This document shows positions 16,825 to 25,951 of a stretch of DNA of 53,916 bases, one piece after another; the first letter of the stretch is position 1; each line of letters opens with the position of its first letter. The stretch comes from a virus (Duplodnaviria > Caudoviricetes). Location: the IMG/VR virus record IMGVR_UViG_3300035438_000711, positions 1 through 53,916 of that record; one strand, 5' to 3'. The notes beneath the pieces were generated by a model, which did not search any database, was not told where the DNA came from, and worked only from the letters and a program-made list of their open reading frames with translations. Made by a program: the position numbers and the translations under genes.

Positions 16825-18555
16825 TCAGCCGTCGGCCCCCTGCGGCGGCGTGGCATCCATCGTCGCAATCTCCTCCAGCACCGCGAACTCCCGCTGTGTC
16901 CACACCACGTACGATTTGCGGGCACCGCCGAGGTGCCTGTGTTCCGTGTGCCTGAAATCCTTCTCGCCCTCCAGACGGGCTAATAGACGCCTTTTGAGGG
17001 CAAGCCTCTCGCCGTCGTTGACGCGGTGCTGCCGCTCGATGTCCTCCCAGACTTTGCCCCAGCCGAACCAGAGCGTGCCGTCCTGCCGCCACGCCGCCCG
17101 CCCGGTCGGGTCGGGCAGATCATCGTCCGACGGCTGGGAGGCCTGCGCCAGCCGGTCATAGAGCCATGAGGCCAGAAGCACGTAACGCAGGCTACTTGCT
17201 CCCGGCCATTCGTGTTCCACGTTGTCGAGAAGTTTTGCCTTCACTCCGTCGGCGGTTCGGGTCTTGGCGGTCGCGTCGCCCTGCTTGTTCTTGACCTTGT
17301 AGCCGCCGTCCCAAATCCGCTTCCAATCGCCCGGCTTTTTGTCGAGCATCACTACGCCGGTCGCACTCAGCACCGCCGCCGCCACCTTCGTGGCACTGCG
17401 GTACTGGTCAACCGAAAGCGAGATGTTGCCCGTGCCGTTCGATGTCCACTGCTTCCACGCCGGAACGTGCAGCCGGTATTCCAGCGGGTCGGAGTGCACG
17501 ACCGTCAGCCGCCACTCGCCCGGCCCCCACTCAGGGTCAGCGTCTGGCACGATGGGGGTGAACGCCAGCCCTGACGCCGTAAACAAACGCACCCAGCCTT
17601 GCCCAGCCTCGGGCTTGATCGGCTTGAGTTTCGCGCACTCCCTCGCACTGGTCGCCTCGGCGTGAGCAATCGCCACGGCTTGATCCATGCCAGCCGACCG
17701 GGTCTTGCGAACGTACCCAATCGCCGACCGAAAGATCGCCACCACTTCGTCGTCGGCCATCGGCGGTTTGCACTGCACCGTGTTGAGCATCCGAATCTTC
17801 GCCAGCAAATCTTGCTGCTCGGTTTGGTCGTCAAGGTCTGGCCCCGAACGGAACGCCTCGCGGACGGCGAACCGATACACCTCCTCGTTTCTGCCGCCCT
17901 CCTTCACCGGTTCGTGTAGCAACGCCCGCGCGGGCTTTCGCCCCGTGCCGATCCGCTGCCCCGTGCCGTCGTCGTTCCAAAGTAAGTTCACCAACTTCTC
18001 AGGCAGCGGCTGCAACTCCACGTCGTCGGGACTCATTCCCGGCACCCACTCGTAGATTTTTCCAGTGTGATGAACCGACGGTGGAATGACCGACTGCGCC
18101 GCCGCGCCGCCGTTGCCGATCCGCACTTCGATGCCGTTGACCTTCCGCACCGCCGTAGCGGGCAATCCTTCGTCCCACCGGAACAGCCGATGCGGCCCCC
18201 GGCCTGCCGTGTAAGTCGGCGTCCAGATTTCGCCAAGGCCGAGCGCGGCCCACGCCGCTTTCGCATCGTCACCGTCAAGTTCAACGTCTACGACACCTGA
18301 TGCCGGGCCAAGCAGCAAGCCGATGTTCACCGGCGTGCCCGCCTCAAACCACGACAGCACCGTCTCCTCGTCATCGGTGGCACTCAGGTGCCACGCTTCG
18401 CCCTGCGGATGCTTCCCCGGCGTGCCGCAGTCCCGGCCCTTCCAGCAAGTGCAAACCCCCGGCGACGGCGAACCGTACAGCCGAACAATCTTCCAGCCGC
18501 GTGCGGCGTATGTCGCCGCGAGCGCGGCGACCCCATGATGCGTAGCCATATCCAT
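16825..18555 (-). CDS. Bifunctional DNA primase-polymerase with PriCT domain
   Basis: CTC...C..PGKHP, NIGLLLG, VVDVELD, GRGPH, IPPSVH, EGGRN, QCKPPM. Confidence 0.9.
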   Translation of the reverse strand: MDMATHHGVAALAATYAARGWKIVRLYGSPSPGVCTCWKGRDCGTPGKHPQGEAWHLSATDDEETVLSWFEAGTPVNIGLLLGPASGVVDVELDGDDAKAAWAALGLGEIWTPTYTAGRGPHRLFRWDEGLPATAVRKVNGIEVRIGNGGAAAQSVIPPSVHHTGKIYEWVPGMSPDDVELQPLPEKLVNLLWNDDGTGQRIGTGRKPARALLHEPVKEGGRNEEVYRFAVREAFRSGPDLDDQTEQQDLLAKIRMLNTVQCKPPMADDEVVAIFRSAIGYVRKTRSAGMDQAVAIAHAEATSARECAKLKPIKPEAGQGWVRLFTASGLAFTPIVPDADPEWGPGEWRLTVVHSDPLEYRLHVPAWKQWTSNGTGNISLSVDQYRSATKVAAAVLSATGVVMLDKKPGDWKRIWDGGYKVKNKQGDATAKTRTADGVKAKLLDNVEHEWPGASSLRYVLLASWLYDRLAQASQPSDDDLPDPTGRAAWRQDGTLWFGWGKVWEDIERQHRVNDGERLALKRRLLARLEGEKDFRHTEHRHLGGARKSYVVWTQREFAVLEEIATMDATPPQGADG

Positions 18556-18640
18556 TCTGCCTCCGTGTTTCGTGTGTGTGAAAGATGCCCCCGCGCCGCG
18601 TCTCCACGCGACGCGGGGGCGAACCGACGAGCATCCCTTC

Positions 18641-19417
18641 TCAGGCCGCATCCTGCGGCACGTCGAGTTGCGTAGCGATCCGCGTCAGCGGATCGGTGTA
18701 CAGACCCTTGATTACCAACCCCTCCTCGCGGCTGATCGTGCCGATCAACTCGGGCACAATCTGCGAGTAGTCAATGCCGCCTTTCGACGCCACCTTCTGC
18801 AAGGTCAGCGACACATGGCAGCGGAAGTGCGCTACCTTAAGCCGCTTCACGAACGGGCAGATTGTGGACAGCGAACCGCCGCCAACAGACAGCAGGACGG
18901 GCCACGCTTCGCCCGGCTGCAGGATTGCCAGCGTGCGGCTCTCCTTGATCCGCCGACCGATGCCACCCTTGCCGGAACCCCAGCCGAACGGCGAACCTTC
19001 CTTGCCCATCGCGGCCCAATCGTAGAGCCGGTCGCCGATGCGGAACGCGGCCAACTGCTCGGGGTCAATGTCCCCCAGCGCGTCGTTCGTCCGCACCGCC
19101 GTCTGGAGGTCGTACGAAGTCAGCACCGGACGCTGCCCCTTCGTCGGCTCCTCCGACCCCCACAACTGCCCCAGCGTGGCGTAGTAGACCAGCAAGCCGG
19201 TGATAGCCTTCTCCTCGACTTCGGCCCCGTCGCTGTTGGTGTACTGCCACGTCCGCCCGCCGCCCGCTGGCGTCTTCACGCGGATCAAGTCACCGACTGC
19301 GATTGACTCCCCGGTGGAGAGGTTCGCTGCCATCGCTTCCTTGAAATCCGAATCTCCGTGCAGTGCGAGGAATCCGACCTGCGGTTCCAGCACTGCGATG
19401 TCCTTCGTCTTGCTCAT
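18641..19417 (-). CDS. Conserved replication-module protein, possibly ssDNA-binding
   Basis: 258 aa between helicase and primase; function inferred from position. Confidence 0.6.
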   Translation of the reverse strand: MSKTKDIAVLEPQVGFLALHGDSDFKEAMAANLSTGESIAVGDLIRVKTPAGGGRTWQYTNSDGAEVEEKAITGLLVYYATLGQLWGSEEPTKGQRPVLTSYDLQTAVRTNDALGDIDPEQLAAFRIGDRLYDWAAMGKEGSPFGWGSGKGGIGRRIKESRTLAILQPGEAWPVLLSVGGGSLSTICPFVKRLKVAHFRCHVSLTLQKVASKGGIDYSQIVPELIGTISREEGLVIKGLYTDPLTRIATQLDVPQDAA

Positions 19418-19458
19418 GTGAAAAATCCTTTTTGAAGATAGGAAACATAACCGAACAA

Positions 19459-19908
19459 TCAACCCAACGTGCGATGCGACAGCCGCATTTCACGAAACTC
19501 AGTCAACAACCCTGCGAACGGAGTGCCATCCGCCAACGCGGCGTCGCCCTCCGCAGCCCGCTGCTCCATCAGCCACGCCTTGAGTGTGCTGGTGTTCACA
19601 GCAATCAAGTCTTCCAGCCCCGACGCCTTCGCCGCTTCGACCACGGCTTCCCGGTTCACGGTGGGAACCGATACGAAAAAAAACTCGCGGACAAACCAAG
19701 ACTTCCCCGCCGCACGCACACCGTCGAGGCCCGACACAGCCAGCCGCTCGACGGCCAACTGCTCGGCATCCTTGAGCGACCTGCTAACCCGCGCCGCCTC
19801 CGTTGCCAGCCGGTCTTTCTCGCCCTGCAACTCGGCCACACGCTCCAGCAGTTTTGCCAACTGCTGGCTGTCTTCCATCTGCCCGGCAATCTCCAGTTCA
19901 ATGCTCAT
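19459..19908 (-). CDS. Hypothetical coiled-coil replication-module protein
   Basis: 149 aa; VNTSTLKAW motif; coupled to helicase. Confidence 0.7.
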   Translation of the reverse strand: MSIELEIAGQMEDSQQLAKLLERVAELQGEKDRLATEAARVSRSLKDAEQLAVERLAVSGLDGVRAAGKSWFVREFFFVSVPTVNREAVVEAAKASGLEDLIAVNTSTLKAWLMEQRAAEGDAALADGTPFAGLLTEFREMRLSHRTLG

Positions 19909-21293
19909 GCAACACTCTCCGTTCTCGGCGAAAGATTTTTCAGCACCGCTTCGACAACGCTTCGACGCTCACGAAGTGCCGCGTACACTTGCTCGTCCAC
20001 CGTGCCGGTCGCTACCAAGTGGTAGTACCGCACGCATCGCGTCTGCCCCGGTCGCCGTAGCCGGGCAAGACTCTGCTCGTAGTCGCCGAGGCTGTAGCCA
20101 AGGCTGTAGTAGAAGGCGTACGCCGCGCGGCTCAGGTCGATGCCCACGCCGCCGGATTGAATCTGCACGCCAAGGATCGTGGCGTCACCGGCCTGCCACC
20201 GCTCAAGGTCTTTCCGTTCGCCCGAAACCTCCGCGTACTCGCGGCCCAACGTGCGGGCCGCAGCCTGCACGTCGTCAAGGTCGGAGCGAAACCGGCAGAA
20301 CACGACCACCGGCTCGGTCACGGGCAAGTCGTCGAGACGATCCTCAAGGATGGCCCGCTTCGTAGGCATCCCGTCGATCAACACCGTGCCCGATTCCTCG
20401 GTGCGGGCATAGCCGCCGGTCGCCTGTTGCAACCGCAGCAGTTTGGTCAGCGCATTGCTGACCGTGACCGTGCCCGCTTCGATTGCGGCAGTCATTTCCT
20501 TCTCCAGCGACCGGTAGAACTTCAGCGTTGCCGGTGACAGCGGCACCGGGATCGTGTCGTGAATCGCGTCGGGCAAGTCGAGCACTTCGTCGGCGGTGAC
20601 CCGCCATGAGTGTGCGTCGAGTTTCGCTGCGAGTTCGTCTTGGTTCCTCCACTTCTTGACCTTGCTGGGGAACCGCACGTCGCACTCGGCATATCGTGCC
20701 CGCATCCGCGTGTAAGACGAACCGAACACGTTGCCGTCAAGGAATCGGAACTGCCCATAAAGGTCGAGCGGGGAGTGCGGCATCGGCGTGCCAGTGAGGC
20801 ACAGCCGCTTCGCGTGCGGATGCTTCGCCGCCAGCCGTGCCAGCCACCGGCTAGCCTTGCCGCCCGGTGACTTGATACGGTGCGACTCGTCCAGCACAAT
20901 CGCCGCCCACTTCGTGCCCTCAATCAGTTTGCCCAACTCGCCACGCCACACCGAGTCGTAATTCACAACGACGATCAGCGTCTGGTTCCCCGCCGTCTGC
21001 AAAGCCTGCTGGAGTTTCTCGGCCCGCTGCCTCGACGCCCCGTTGTGAATCAGCACCGTGGCAAGGCTCTTGCCAATCGCCATCAGCCCAAGGGCCAAGA
21101 GCGCACAAAAGGTTTTGCCGCACCCCATGTCGAGGGCAAGCATCGACGCGTGCCGGATCGCGGCCCACGCCGCCGCCTCGCTCTGATGCCGCCACGGCTT
21201 GAAGTCGCCGCGTGCCGCACCCGCCACCACCTTCGCCCACGCCGGGGCGACGGCCTGCGGACACACGACCAAAACGTGCGGTCGCATTTTCAT
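19905..21293 (-). CDS. SNF2-like superfamily 2 helicase
   Basis: DMGCGKT, DESH, LTGTP, VVFCRF, GGVGIDL, QSLARLRRPGQ; start may be 21320. Confidence 0.92.
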   Translation of the reverse strand: MKMRPHVLVVCPQAVAPAWAKVVAGAARGDFKPWRHQSEAAAWAAIRHASMLALDMGCGKTFCALLALGLMAIGKSLATVLIHNGASRQRAEKLQQALQTAGNQTLIVVVNYDSVWRGELGKLIEGTKWAAIVLDESHRIKSPGGKASRWLARLAAKHPHAKRLCLTGTPMPHSPLDLYGQFRFLDGNVFGSSYTRMRARYAECDVRFPSKVKKWRNQDELAAKLDAHSWRVTADEVLDLPDAIHDTIPVPLSPATLKFYRSLEKEMTAAIEAGTVTVSNALTKLLRLQQATGGYARTEESGTVLIDGMPTKRAILEDRLDDLPVTEPVVVFCRFRSDLDDVQAAARTLGREYAEVSGERKDLERWQAGDATILGVQIQSGGVGIDLSRAAYAFYYSLGYSLGDYEQSLARLRRPGQTRCVRYYHLVATGTVDEQVYAALRERRSVVEAVLKNLSPRTESVA

Positions 21294-21306
21294 GCGATCA
21301 AAACTG

Positions 21307-21546
21307 TCATGCCATGCCATTCTCAAGTACCTCCTGCTCGATTTCGTCCCAATGTGTTTCGATCCATGCCGCGATCCACTCGTCATCCGGTGTCGCAGAA
21401 ACAAACTCTGCCGACCTCGGCCAGCCGGGGTGCCCGTCGCCGTTGGAGTCCCGGTAGCAGGCTGGCTCCGCTTCGTTGATCGTGAAGCGAACCAGCACCT
21501 TCACCGGCTCCCCGTCCGCGTCGGGCACCTCGACTGCCGCGATCAT
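21307..21546 (-). CDS. Hypothetical acidic protein
   Basis: 79 aa, GGAGG RBS, coupled. Confidence 0.7.
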   Translation of the reverse strand: MIAAVEVPDADGEPVKVLVRFTINEAEPACYRDSNGDGHPGWPRSAEFVSATPDDEWIAAWIETHWDEIEQEVLENGMA

Positions 21547-21830
21547 GCCGCCACCTCCTCAGTGGTCAGCACCTCGTGCAGAATCTCGTCGTGCAGCGCG
21601 TCGGCCTTGGCCTGCAGCCTGCCGATCTGCCGCACCAGTTGTGCCTGTGCGTCACGCTTCGCCTCGGTCTTGGTGCGGTGCCACGTCGCGTCGAGCGGCA
21701 CCATCACGCCGCCGTGAAGCACCAGCGGCACGCCGTCCGACACGATGCCGGTCACGGTGCCATCGTTGATCCAAAACTCCCCCGGTGAGACGCACATATA
21801 CGCTTGGTAAACCGTCGTTCCTTTGGTCAT
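21543..21830 (-). CDS. Hypothetical protein
   Basis: AGGAG RBS before ATG 21830. Confidence 0.75.
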   Translation of the reverse strand: MTKGTTVYQAYMCVSPGEFWINDGTVTGIVSDGVPLVLHGGVMVPLDATWHRTKTEAKRDAQAQLVRQIGRLQAKADALHDEILHEVLTTEEVAA

Positions 21831-21855
21831 CGTTTTCTCCTGTGCCGTTCGTTTG

Positions 21856-21905
21856 AAAAAAAGAACCGGGGCGGGCGGGAGAACGGAGTAACCGCCCGCC
21901 CCGGT
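21856..21905 (-). terminator. Rho-independent terminator
   Basis: 14-bp GC stem ACCGGGGCGGGCGG followed by a T run on the minus strand. Confidence 0.85.
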
Positions 21906-21936
21906 GACTGCCGCTTGCGCGGCGTCTGACGGGGGA

Positions 21937-22941
21937 CTAGACCGCCATCTCCATCGCGTTGGCCCAAGCCCGCTCCTTGAAGGAGTGAGCCGAACCGAAC
22001 AACACACTGCGGAACTTCCGTTCCGCACGAACATCACCCTTGCCGGTCACGCGGAGTTCGTGGTCAGCCCACTCACTCGCCGCGTTGTATGCCGTCCAGA
22101 CGTTGGCACCGTGCTCGCCCTCGTTCGTCGGCAGGGCGAACCGATCCCACAACTGAGTCAGCACCTTGCCCCGGCTGCGGTCGCTGCGGTTTTCCACCAG
22201 CGTGCCGAAGTAGTCGCCGACTTGCTGTGACGAGACTTGCTGCGCCATCATCTGCCGAGCCGCAAGGCCGAACCCTTCGTGAGCGTTGGCAATCACGCCA
22301 AGGCACTCGCGGGCTTTCTCCACGCGGCGGGACAAACCGCCCGCCGTGTGGAACAACTTGAGTCCGAGCGGCAACCCGTCGGAGTTCTTTGCCCGGTCGG
22401 CCATGCCAATAGCCAGCCGCAGCGTGTTCGCACAGACCACCCGCACGCTCGTCGGGAACAACCGCACCGCCCCGGTGCCGTCGTGGCTGTTCGTAATCAG
22501 CACGTACTTTTCCAGCACGTCGCGGTCGGTGACTTCGACGTGGCCGGGCATCTTCGCCAACATCCAAACCTTGCGGCCTTGCCGAAGCGAGCCGCAGGTG
22601 TGCCACATGGCAAGCGACTCGTCGCCGCCGACCACCTCGTCCATCCAGTTAAACGCTTCCCGGTTTTGGAGCGGCTGGTATCGCAGCCCCACCGCACCGA
22701 GAGCCTTGCCCGTGTCGGCCCGCATCGTCGCCCGGTGCGTGTCGATGCTCTGGTGGGAACCGTCGGGCATGATCGCGGCGAGGTCGGTCAGCCGCACATC
22801 CCAATCAAGACCGGCAATCCGCAGCGCGTCGGCACTGGTCTGTGCCTCCGAGACTACCGTGCCGAACCCGTGCCACGCGGGCTGGTAGGCAAACATCGCC
22901 GAGCCTTGAGCCTGCGTCGAGAAGTCAATTTCGTGAGCCAT
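21937..22941 (-). CDS. DUF932 (TIGR03299-like) phage/plasmid protein
   Basis: MAHEI, PAWHGFG, AGLDWDV, YQPLQN, NSHDG, RVVCANTL, WTAYNA. Confidence 0.9.
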   Translation of the reverse strand: MAHEIDFSTQAQGSAMFAYQPAWHGFGTVVSEAQTSADALRIAGLDWDVRLTDLAAIMPDGSHQSIDTHRATMRADTGKALGAVGLRYQPLQNREAFNWMDEVVGGDESLAMWHTCGSLRQGRKVWMLAKMPGHVEVTDRDVLEKYVLITNSHDGTGAVRLFPTSVRVVCANTLRLAIGMADRAKNSDGLPLGLKLFHTAGGLSRRVEKARECLGVIANAHEGFGLAARQMMAQQVSSQQVGDYFGTLVENRSDRSRGKVLTQLWDRFALPTNEGEHGANVWTAYNAASEWADHELRVTGKGDVRAERKFRSVLFGSAHSFKERAWANAMEMAV

Positions 22942-23017
22942 TGTCATCGTCTCCGTTTGAAGTTATCGAACCTAAACAATCAGTCCAGCGGTACGGCCAA
23001 CGTGGCCGGGCCGCAGA

Positions 23018-23296
23018 TCAGCAGCAGGGAGCCTCACAGACAGGCTCGCCGTCCTCGTCCACCAGAAACTTCTTTACCGCGAAGAATCCGGCCTCGGTCT
23101 CGATTGTGTCCTCGACCACCAGACCCTCCTGCTGCCGGATCACGGCACACAGGTTTTCGATAAGGGTGAGGGTCGCATCGACGGCGGCGGGGTTGTCACC
23201 CACCTTGGTCGTGAGTTGCGTCTTGCGGTCGTAGCGGGAAAGCATCCGAATCGCGTCTTGGATTTTCTTCATGTCGAACTTGGTCTGGCTAGTCAT
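23018..23296 (-). CDS. Hypothetical early protein
   Basis: GGAG RBS before ATG 23296. Confidence 0.7.
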   Translation of the reverse strand: MTSQTKFDMKKIQDAIRMLSRYDRKTQLTTKVGDNPAAVDATLTLIENLCAVIRQQEGLVVEDTIETEAGFFAVKKFLVDEDGEPVCEAPCC

Positions 23297-23335
23297 TGGA
23301 AAGTCTCCGTTGTAGGTAGTTGGGAATCCGAACAA

Positions 23336-23608
23336 TCACTCGCCGCGTCGGGCGTCCACCTTGCTGGCCGTGTCGAGCCAGTTGCCAGCCATGTCCTCGA
23401 TCTCGCTGTTGTCAACGTAGCGGGAAGTCAGCCGCGACCCGAACTCGTCCTCAAGGAATGAGGCCATGTCCTGCACCGCAACGATCAGTTCCGCGATGTC
23501 TTCGCGGGTCGTGCCCTCGTCGAGCATCCCGGCCTCGCCGCTCGAAAGCATTTCGAGTGCTTCCTGTGCCTCTCCCAGCATCTTCGTCAGTCGGTTGAAC
23601 TCGTTCAT
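23336..23608 (-). CDS. Hypothetical acidic early protein
   Basis: 90 aa; first gene after a consensus promoter. Confidence 0.7.
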   Translation of the reverse strand: MNEFNRLTKMLGEAQEALEMLSSGEAGMLDEGTTREDIAELIVAVQDMASFLEDEFGSRLTSRYVDNSEIEDMAGNWLDTASKVDARRGE

Positions 23609-23662
23609 CGTTCATGTCTCCGTTTCGTTGTCCCGTCGCGGTGTCCGCCGCGTCATGCCAGT

Positions 23663-23690
23663 ATTATATCAATCGTCCGTTTCGTGTCAA
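23663..23690 (-). promoter_or_regulatory. Strong sigma70 early promoter
   Basis: TTGACA-N16-TATAAT with an AT-rich upstream element. Confidence 0.85.
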
Positions 23691-23887
23691 ATGGTTTAAC
23701 AGAATTATTTTTGCCCCGTTTTCCCCGGTGTTTTCGGGGTTTTCATCGCAGCCCCCCGATCAGCCGCAGGGCGGCGTCGATAGCCTCGGCCACAATCGGG
23801 GCCAGCCGCCCCCCGGTGCCCAACTCCTGCCCGAAGCGAACCAGCGTCAAAGCCACGATGGCGTTGTTCCAGTTGATGTTCACCGCG

Positions 23888-24097
23888 TCACCCGTTGTCC
23901 GTGTTGCAGTTTTTGTTCAGCCACTCGCACAGCCCGAGCCGGGTCTTCGGTATCTGGACTTGATCGAAGTGTGCGTTGTCGGCGATTCGCTCACGTCGAG
24001 CGAAAGCCATCGCCTTGTTCCACGTCGAAAACCACTCCTGCCGGTTGCCCATGTCAGGGCAACTCCAGCAGACGCGGTGCAGGGGTGTGTTGCTCAT
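23888..24097 (-). CDS. Hypothetical early protein
   Basis: GGAGG RBS, ATGA coupling. Confidence 0.65.
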   Translation of the reverse strand: MSNTPLHRVCWSCPDMGNRQEWFSTWNKAMAFARRERIADNAHFDQVQIPKTRLGLCEWLNKNCNTDNG

Positions 24098-24420
24098 GAC
24101 TGCACCTCCTGCCGTTGCCGTGCTGTGATTACCGTCGCGTTGTTGCAGCCGGTGGCGGAGTTCGTGGCAATCACTGCGGCCTGATTCGCGAGCAGGGCAA
24201 ACCGCGAGTCACGCGACACCGGCTGCCCGTTGACGGTCAGCACCCACAAACGCACCTTAGTGATTCCACGCCCTGCCCGCCGCGAGTTGCGATGCGTTGC
24301 GAAACCTTGCAGCACGATATCCAGCGTGCCGTGTTCGTAGCGTGGCCCAGCCCCTGCGTATCCAGGCCACTCGCCACTGCGTGACCACTCGCCCGTCGCC
24401 ATGAGTTGCTGAGGTTTCAT
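24094..24420 (-). CDS. Hypothetical early protein
   Basis: GGAGG RBS before ATG 24420. Confidence 0.65.
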   Translation of the reverse strand: MKPQQLMATGEWSRSGEWPGYAGAGPRYEHGTLDIVLQGFATHRNSRRAGRGITKVRLWVLTVNGQPVSRDSRFALLANQAAVIATNSATGCNNATVITARQRQEVQS

Positions 24421-24422
24421 GC

Positions 24423-24647
24423 TTAAACCCTCCCCCCGTTGATGTTCCGGCCCGTCGAGTCTAGCACGTACCACTCGTCGCCGTTGAAGTACCGCTCCGC
24501 GTAGGCATTGGCAGCGTCGTCGCTCAACGCCAAGAACCTGTCCACCACGTCCCACTCGCCGTTGCCCGTCGCGTAGGCCACGCGGTACTCGCGGGCCTCC
24601 GAGTCGATCAGCAGCAGAGCACCTTGCAAAGTCATCCTGAGTCCCAT
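24423..24647 (-). CDS. Hypothetical early protein
   Basis: GGAGG RBS before ATG 24647. Confidence 0.7.
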   Translation of the reverse strand: MGLRMTLQGALLLIDSEAREYRVAYATGNGEWDVVDRFLALSDDAANAYAERYFNGDEWYVLDSTGRNINGGRV

Positions 24648-24681
24648 CGTCGTGTCCTCCGTTGGTTGTGTGTCCGAACAA

Positions 24682-24975
24682 TCAGCCGTTGATCGCTGCG
24701 CGGCCAGCGTCCGTGAGCGAATACCGAATGTCGATGTACGAGACTCGCCGCGTGTGTGCAATCCGTCCAAAATGCCCGCTGATCCGTTCGTGTGCGACGC
24801 CCTCATAACTGCGGGCAATCGAAACCATTCCCTTGCCGAGAAGTGCCCGCATTGTCGCGCGGCTAGCATCGCTGGGTGGAACGGCAAAACCGTACAAGGC
24901 CATCTCTGTGTTAGACGCAATCGCCACAAGGGCGTCGTACTGGGTCTTGCTCAACTTGCTTGCCATCGCGTTCAT
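24682..24975 (-). CDS. Hypothetical early protein, winged-helix-like
   Basis: KLSKTQYDAL...ATMRALLGKGMV...YSLTDAGRAA. Confidence 0.65.
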   Translation of the reverse strand: MNAMASKLSKTQYDALVAIASNTEMALYGFAVPPSDASRATMRALLGKGMVSIARSYEGVAHERISGHFGRIAHTRRVSYIDIRYSLTDAGRAAING

Positions 24976-25003
24976 CGTTCGTTCCTTGTGTCTTGAGTCG
25001 TGG

Positions 25004-25030
25004 AACCCCGCCGCACAGTGCGGCGGGGTT
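25004..25030. other. Perfect 13-bp inverted repeat (hairpin)
   Basis: AACCCCGCCGCAC-A-GTGCGGCGGGGTT, intergenic. Confidence 0.75.
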
Positions 25031-25044
25031 GGGTAGCCAAACAA

Positions 25045-25323
25045 TCAGCGGGCAGGCGTTCCGACATTTGTCGCGGCGTGAACAGCCTTTTCAAGCGAGT
25101 TTGCAAGACGCTCAATCTCCCACTGAAGATCGACAAGTTTGGCGTGAGCGTCAGCGCGGTCTGTGTTCCAATCGACGCTGGTGACTGTGTTGGACAACTC
25201 GGCAAACGTTCCGGCAATCACATCGTTCAGTGCGGCCAGCGAGTCTTGAGCCTTCTTCGCATCCACCCCAATCAGCGTCTTGAGGTTTTCAATGCGGCGT
25301 TCGTACTTGTTTGTGGTTTCCAT
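25045..25323 (-). CDS. Hypothetical early coiled-coil protein
   Basis: GGAG RBS before ATG 25323. Confidence 0.7.
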   Translation of the reverse strand: METTNKYERRIENLKTLIGVDAKKAQDSLAALNDVIAGTFAELSNTVTSVDWNTDRADAHAKLVDLQWEIERLANSLEKAVHAATNVGTPAR

Positions 25324-25375
25324 CGTTCGTTCTCCGTTGTTGGCGTCTCGCGGTGTCCGCCGCGTTGACCCCTGT

Positions 25376-25403
25376 ATTGTATCATTCGTCCAGAGCGTGT
25401 CAA
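25376..25403 (-). promoter_or_regulatory. Strong sigma70 early promoter (paralogue of 23663-23690)
   Basis: TTGACA-N16-TACAAT. Confidence 0.85.
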
Positions 25404-25457
25404 TACCTTTACCCAAAATTATTTTTGGGCGGTTTTCGCGGGGGAAACGAGGGCTTT

Positions 25458-25700
25458 TTAGCCGGGGGGCGGGGCGACGCCCTCCAGCCGCACCTCGGAA
25501 TCCGTTTCAATCCAAACTTTTGCCCCGCAGGAAAGCGGGCAGTCGGGGGAGTAGACGACCCGGCACGGGCCAAGCACCTCCGCAGCGGTCGCGTAGGTGT
25601 TCGTGCGGCCCCGCTTCACGGTCAAGCAGGGATCGCGGGAACCGGTCTTGCCGTTCTTCCTCACTACGTGCTGGTTGACGTGGATGATCGTGCGTGCCAT
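25458..25700 (-). CDS. Conserved phage hypothetical protein
   Basis: IIHVNQH...TVK...NTY...LSCGAKVWIET pattern. Confidence 0.8.
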   Translation of the reverse strand: MARTIIHVNQHVVRKNGKTGSRDPCLTVKRGRTNTYATAAEVLGPCRVVYSPDCPLSCGAKVWIETDSEVRLEGVAPPPG

Positions 25701-25716
25701 GCCGCCAATCATCGCC

Positions 25717-25944
25717 GCCGCGTCAAATCCCTTTATATATATGGGCCTGCTTCAACACGGACGGGGGGCAAAAAGTCCGCGATGATCCGTCAACGCAAAA
25801 AAAGTATCGGCCCAAAGTATTTTCGCGGGCGTTTTCGCGGGCGTCTAACTGCTTGCACCGCAAAGCGTTAGCCATCGCTGCCGCGAAAACCGGGACGCGG
25901 CGAACAACTTTTTGCCCTAGTGAAAAATCCCCATAGAGTAGGGA
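25717..25944. repeat. Second full copy of origin-like multi-block element
   Basis: Six blocks collinear with 16571-16824. Confidence 0.85.
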
Positions 25945-25951
25945 ACAGGGG

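Noticed and set aside
16551-16925. ORFs across the primase-helicase gap
   Set aside because: Region is a conserved non-coding block element repeated elsewhere without frame conservation.
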